This document shows, piece by piece, positions 60,599-64,000 of a DNA stretch of 64,000 nt. The notes beneath the pieces are model-generated. The model was not told the origin of the DNA and searched no databases. It saw nothing but the letters and a program-made list of their open reading frames with translations. The stretch comes from the human T2T-CHM13v2.0 reference genome, Homo sapiens. Position numbers and translations under genes: made by a program. Location of the stretch: the NCBI RefSeq assembly GCF_009914755.1, contig NC_060928.1; one strand, 5' to 3'. The first letter of the stretch is position 1, and every line of letters begins with the position of its first letter.

Positions 60599-63153
60599 AG
60601 TTCAGTTTCATGTTTTCAGAGAAAAGACAGCAGAAAAAAAAACGGAGAAACTAAAGAAGTAATGAATTTCTTATGACAAATAACTTCTAAGTAATTTCCA
60701 AAAGCTATAGGCAACCTTGCCTTTCTGGTACCTTTCATTCTTTCGGCCTTTTTATCTCTGTGAAAATCAACTTTTCTAAAAATAGCTTAATGAGGAAGAA
60801 GAAAATGGTAAAATTGTGCATTTCATCACATCACAGTCCAGATATGAAATCCATTTAACTCAAGTATTTAAAAGATTATCATTTGCACAGAAATAAAGTC
60901 AGACACTTTAAAATTCGAAATAAATGTTTTTGCGCTCCTTTTCCCCACCCCTCCAGTCCCTGCATATTATATTCTTGATGCCTCACTGAACCACTTAAAA
61001 ATGGTGAAGTCAAAACGCTAGTAAAGTTCTTCACTACAGTATATACTAGCAGCCAAATCACTAGAATGCCCATTCATTTCTTGTGAAATGCTACGTTAAT
61101 AATTTCTTAAACTGTCACTTCATACTAAAGTTAGCGCTTCCACAGCTTTAAGCCCACTTGGGTTAGCAAACATGATGGTTCTTTTTAATGCCCGAATGAA
61201 TAAGCTGACCCATGGAGAAGTTGAGAACCAATATAGTCCTGGTCTGGGCTTTCCTGCCCTGGTTTCTGTGAATACTGGCTCTCAAGAGTCACTCCCTAAT
61301 TCTGGGGCCAGGGAATCCTCACATCAGGTACAGAGCGTGATATGATGTCTGTAGCTACTTCAGCAGAGCCACCACACACAGCAATTTGCTGATGCCAGGC
61401 CAAGCCTTAAATACTTAAAACACAGCTGTGGCTTTGGCCATTGTGAGCCCAGGTGGGGACAGAGTAGGGGAGCAGCGCCTTTGAGGAGAGCCACACAGAT
61501 GGCTTCTAATCCAGATGCAGAGGTCAGCTGAAGGGTGTGGAAGAGTGTTGATAAACATCCTGGGACTGGGATGCATGCTGCCCTATTGAGGAAATGTAAG
61601 AGAGACAGCAAAGGCAGGGAGATGAAGCATTTGGGGACTCGGAATGGAGAGTGCTGGATAATGGATTTTAGAGCTAGTGGGTGGTTTTTATGAGTTCTAT
61701 TCCTGGGCCAGTTCTAAATGCATGAATGCCAGAGCACATGTGCTGGACAGTCTACCCAAACCACACAGACATCTGGAACTTCAGGGCAGTGGTGAATCCC
61801 AGCAGTGACATGCCTACTTTTAAAACACTCAAGTTCAATAGGACCCCACAAAGTTCTTTGCTGTTCAAGTATTTGATGCTCTGTACATATTAAGAACATA
61901 GAACCATCTCCTCATTACACCTTTCAGTTCCCAAGAAAGTGTGTCTTTGTCTTCTCATGGACTTAAGTGTAATCACTTTACTGGATAATTATAGAAGGGA
62001 ACAGAAGACACAGGACAGAGTTTAGAACTTGCTGATGTTCCCACAGCTCATGATACTTGAGAAAAGACCTAGATATTTTTTCACTTTTTATTGGCCACTT
62101 CAATTCTTTGTATTGCTGAGTCTCTGAAGGCTTGATTTTTGCCTATGGATAAGAAAGTTTTGGGGTCTGATTTTTAGTTTTAAAACGTTTATTGTCTATT
62201 CATAGATAACTTGTTTTATCTGCTTGTTACAGTGCCGCCTTCTGTTGAAGTTTCTTTTGACAGCTATTGGTCCCTATGTTTACCTCATGTGAATAAAGGA
62301 AAACATCCTGGATGTACAGCAAAGTTTTTGAGTAAAAGAGTGAGATATTAGATCATTGCTAGCTGCTTACTCTTATTTCAGAAATAAAAATTTGAACTAT
62401 CTCTTCTCAATGGTAAATATTTGGGGAATTAAATATACATCATTACAAAATTTTTGCTATTGTTTATTGAACACCTACCTGTTATAGAAGTCACTTGTTT
62501 ACATGTGTTTGAAATAACATACAATATCAATGTGTATTAAGGTTTGTGTAAGAAATTCGCAATTCAGTTTACTACTAAAATTTTGCATAAAGACTTTCTT
62601 AGGGGACAAATGTAGAGATTAAAGTAAATTTTTTAAAAAATCCACCTGTGGTATTTATTGAATGTAGAGTTGACAGCACTGAAATAGGCAAATTGGACTA
62701 ACGTAAATCTGCCAAATATAACTTCAACCAAGTGTTTTTTTGCTTTTAACTTTCTCATTTGATAGAATTCTTTTACCAAAAATTGGCTACGAATGAGAGG
62801 ACTGAGAATTGATGTCGAAACGTTTTTCTCTTAATATTTCTTGATCCGTTAAAAACAAATTATGGCTCCTGGAAGTCAGACAAAATTTCCATCAGGATTT
62901 GTAAACTGGTTGGGATCACCTTATGTGAAACTTAAATGAGAGTGAAATGGGCGAGCATACTTCACTGACTTAGCGCTTGGTCCAGAATGAACTGCTGGCC
63001 CCACACTTGGGCCTGCTAACGTGTGCCCGTTCCCTGGGTGTTCTCTGCAGCTGGCCTAAGTGCCAAGCGATGTCCACAAGCTGAGCTCACTCCTGGAATA
63101 CACGTTCCTGGCCGTTCCATCTCTGAAGGTGTCACTTCTCTTTTTCCCCCCAG

Positions 63154-63825
63154 GGACCCTCTGAAGCTCCAGCAACTCCAGAACCAAATCCGACTGGAGC
63201 AGGAGGCCGGCGCTCGGCAGCCTCCGCCAGCCCCGCGCAGCGCGCCGCCCTCGCCCCCCTTCCCGCCGCCGCCCGCCTTCCCCGAGCTCGCGGCCTGCAC
63301 GCCGCCCGCGTCCCCGGAGCCCATGAGCGCGCTGGCCTCCCGCTCCGCCCCCGCCATGCAGTCCTCCGGCTCCTTCAACTACGCGCGCCCCAAGCAGTTC
63401 ATCGCCGCGCAGAACCTCGGGCCCGCGTCGGGCCACGGCACGCCGGCCTCCAGCCCCAGCTCGTCCAGCCTCCCGTCGCCCATGTCCCCGACGCCGAGGC
63501 AGTTCGGCCGCGCCCCCGTGCCGCCCTTCGCGCAGCCCTTCGGCGCTGAGCCCGAGGCCCCGTGGGGCTCCTCCTCGCCGTCGCCCCCGCCCCCGCCACC
63601 CCCGGTCTTCAGCCCCACGGCTGCCTTCCCGGTGCCCGACGTGTTCCCACTGCCGCCGCCACCACCGCCGCTCCCGAGCCCGGGACAGGCGTCCCACTGC
63701 TCGTCGCCTGCCACCCGCTTCGGCCACAGCCAGACGCCCGCGGCCTTCCTCAGCGCTCTGCTGCCCTCGCAGCCGCCGCCGGCGGCCGTCAACGCCCTGG
63801 GGCTGCCCAAGGGTGTCACCCCCGC
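63154..63825 (+). CDS. PALLD: Palladin proline-rich coding exon (224 codons, phase 2/2). Internal exon of the long isoforms; contains the start ATG of the short 90-kDa isoform at 63323
   Basis: Acceptor ttctctttttccccccag|G at 63153/63154 and donor GC|GTGAGT at 63825/63826 give 672 nt, divisible by 3. The translation DPLKLQQLQNQIRLEQEAG...FPPPPAFPEL...MSALASRSAPAMQSSGSFNYARPKQFIAAQN...FPLPPPPPPLP...QTPAAFLSALLPSQPPPAAVNALGLPKGVTPA matches human palladin as I recall it. FNYARPKQF and PAAFLSALLPSQP resemble the myotilin N-terminal motifs FNYERPKHF and PASFLSSILPSQP. Confidence 0.97.
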
Positions 63826-63910
63826 GTGAGTAACCGCCGCGGTCCTCCACTTCCCTGCCCCTCCGCCTCGGGTCGCCCTGGGACTCCCACATCTCCATAC
63901 ACGCGCTCCC
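63190..63910. promoter_or_regulatory. Intragenic CpG island over the proline-rich exon
   Basis: Very high GC and CpG density across the exon and about 80 bp of the downstream intron; AP-1 TGACTCA at 63990-63996. Confidence 0.8.
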
Positions 63911-64000
63911 ATCAGCCTGCAACCCAGAGCGCCCCAGTAACATTTCACACATTTCTCTCCGTGCGATGTAAAAATTCTTAACGGCAATTTGACTCAGTGA

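Noticed and set aside
63023-63153. N-terminal part of the 268-aa ORF (MPVPWVFSAAG...)
   Set aside because: It starts at a GTG in the intron upstream of the acceptor, and the stop at 63827 lies inside the donor site; only 63154-63825 is exon.
63016-63987. Long antisense and alternate-frame ORFs (298, 202, 139, 120 aa) over the PALLD exon
   Set aside because: They are shadows of a very GC-rich, proline-coding exon where stop codons are rare; the low-complexity Gly/Arg translations have no recognisable domain.

Overview
Human (primate) genomic DNA, about 40% GC and rich in Alu, MIR, L2 and L1 repeats. I recognise it as an internal part of the PALLD (palladin) gene on the + strand (human 4q32.3, from knowledge of the gene rather than from alignment). 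It holds one clear coding exon: the 672-nt proline-rich exon at 63154-63825 (phase 2 at both ends), which carries the FPPPP/Ena-VASP-type motifs, the myotilin-like FNYARPKQF and TPAAFLSALLPSQP (alpha-actinin-binding) segments, and the ATG of the short '90 kDa' isoform at 63323. A CpG-island promoter with AP-1 and TATA motifs and a short first exon lies at about 17.3-18.8 kb and is the likely start of that isoform, 45.5 kb upstream. The rest is intron. I found no prokaryote-type system and no new gene. The observations most worth checking are: (1) the first exon reads in frame, without ATG or stop, into the palladin ORF, allowing a possible non-AUG N-terminal extension; (2) a dual-CArG/AP-1/MEF2/Sp1 promoter-like module at 2.1-3.3 kb with candidate non-coding exons; (3) a ~160-bp local templated insertion into a MIR; (4) a 46-bp palindromic minisatellite; (5) alternative splice sites around the PALLD exons. 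Repeat boundaries and subfamily calls were read by eye and are approximate.
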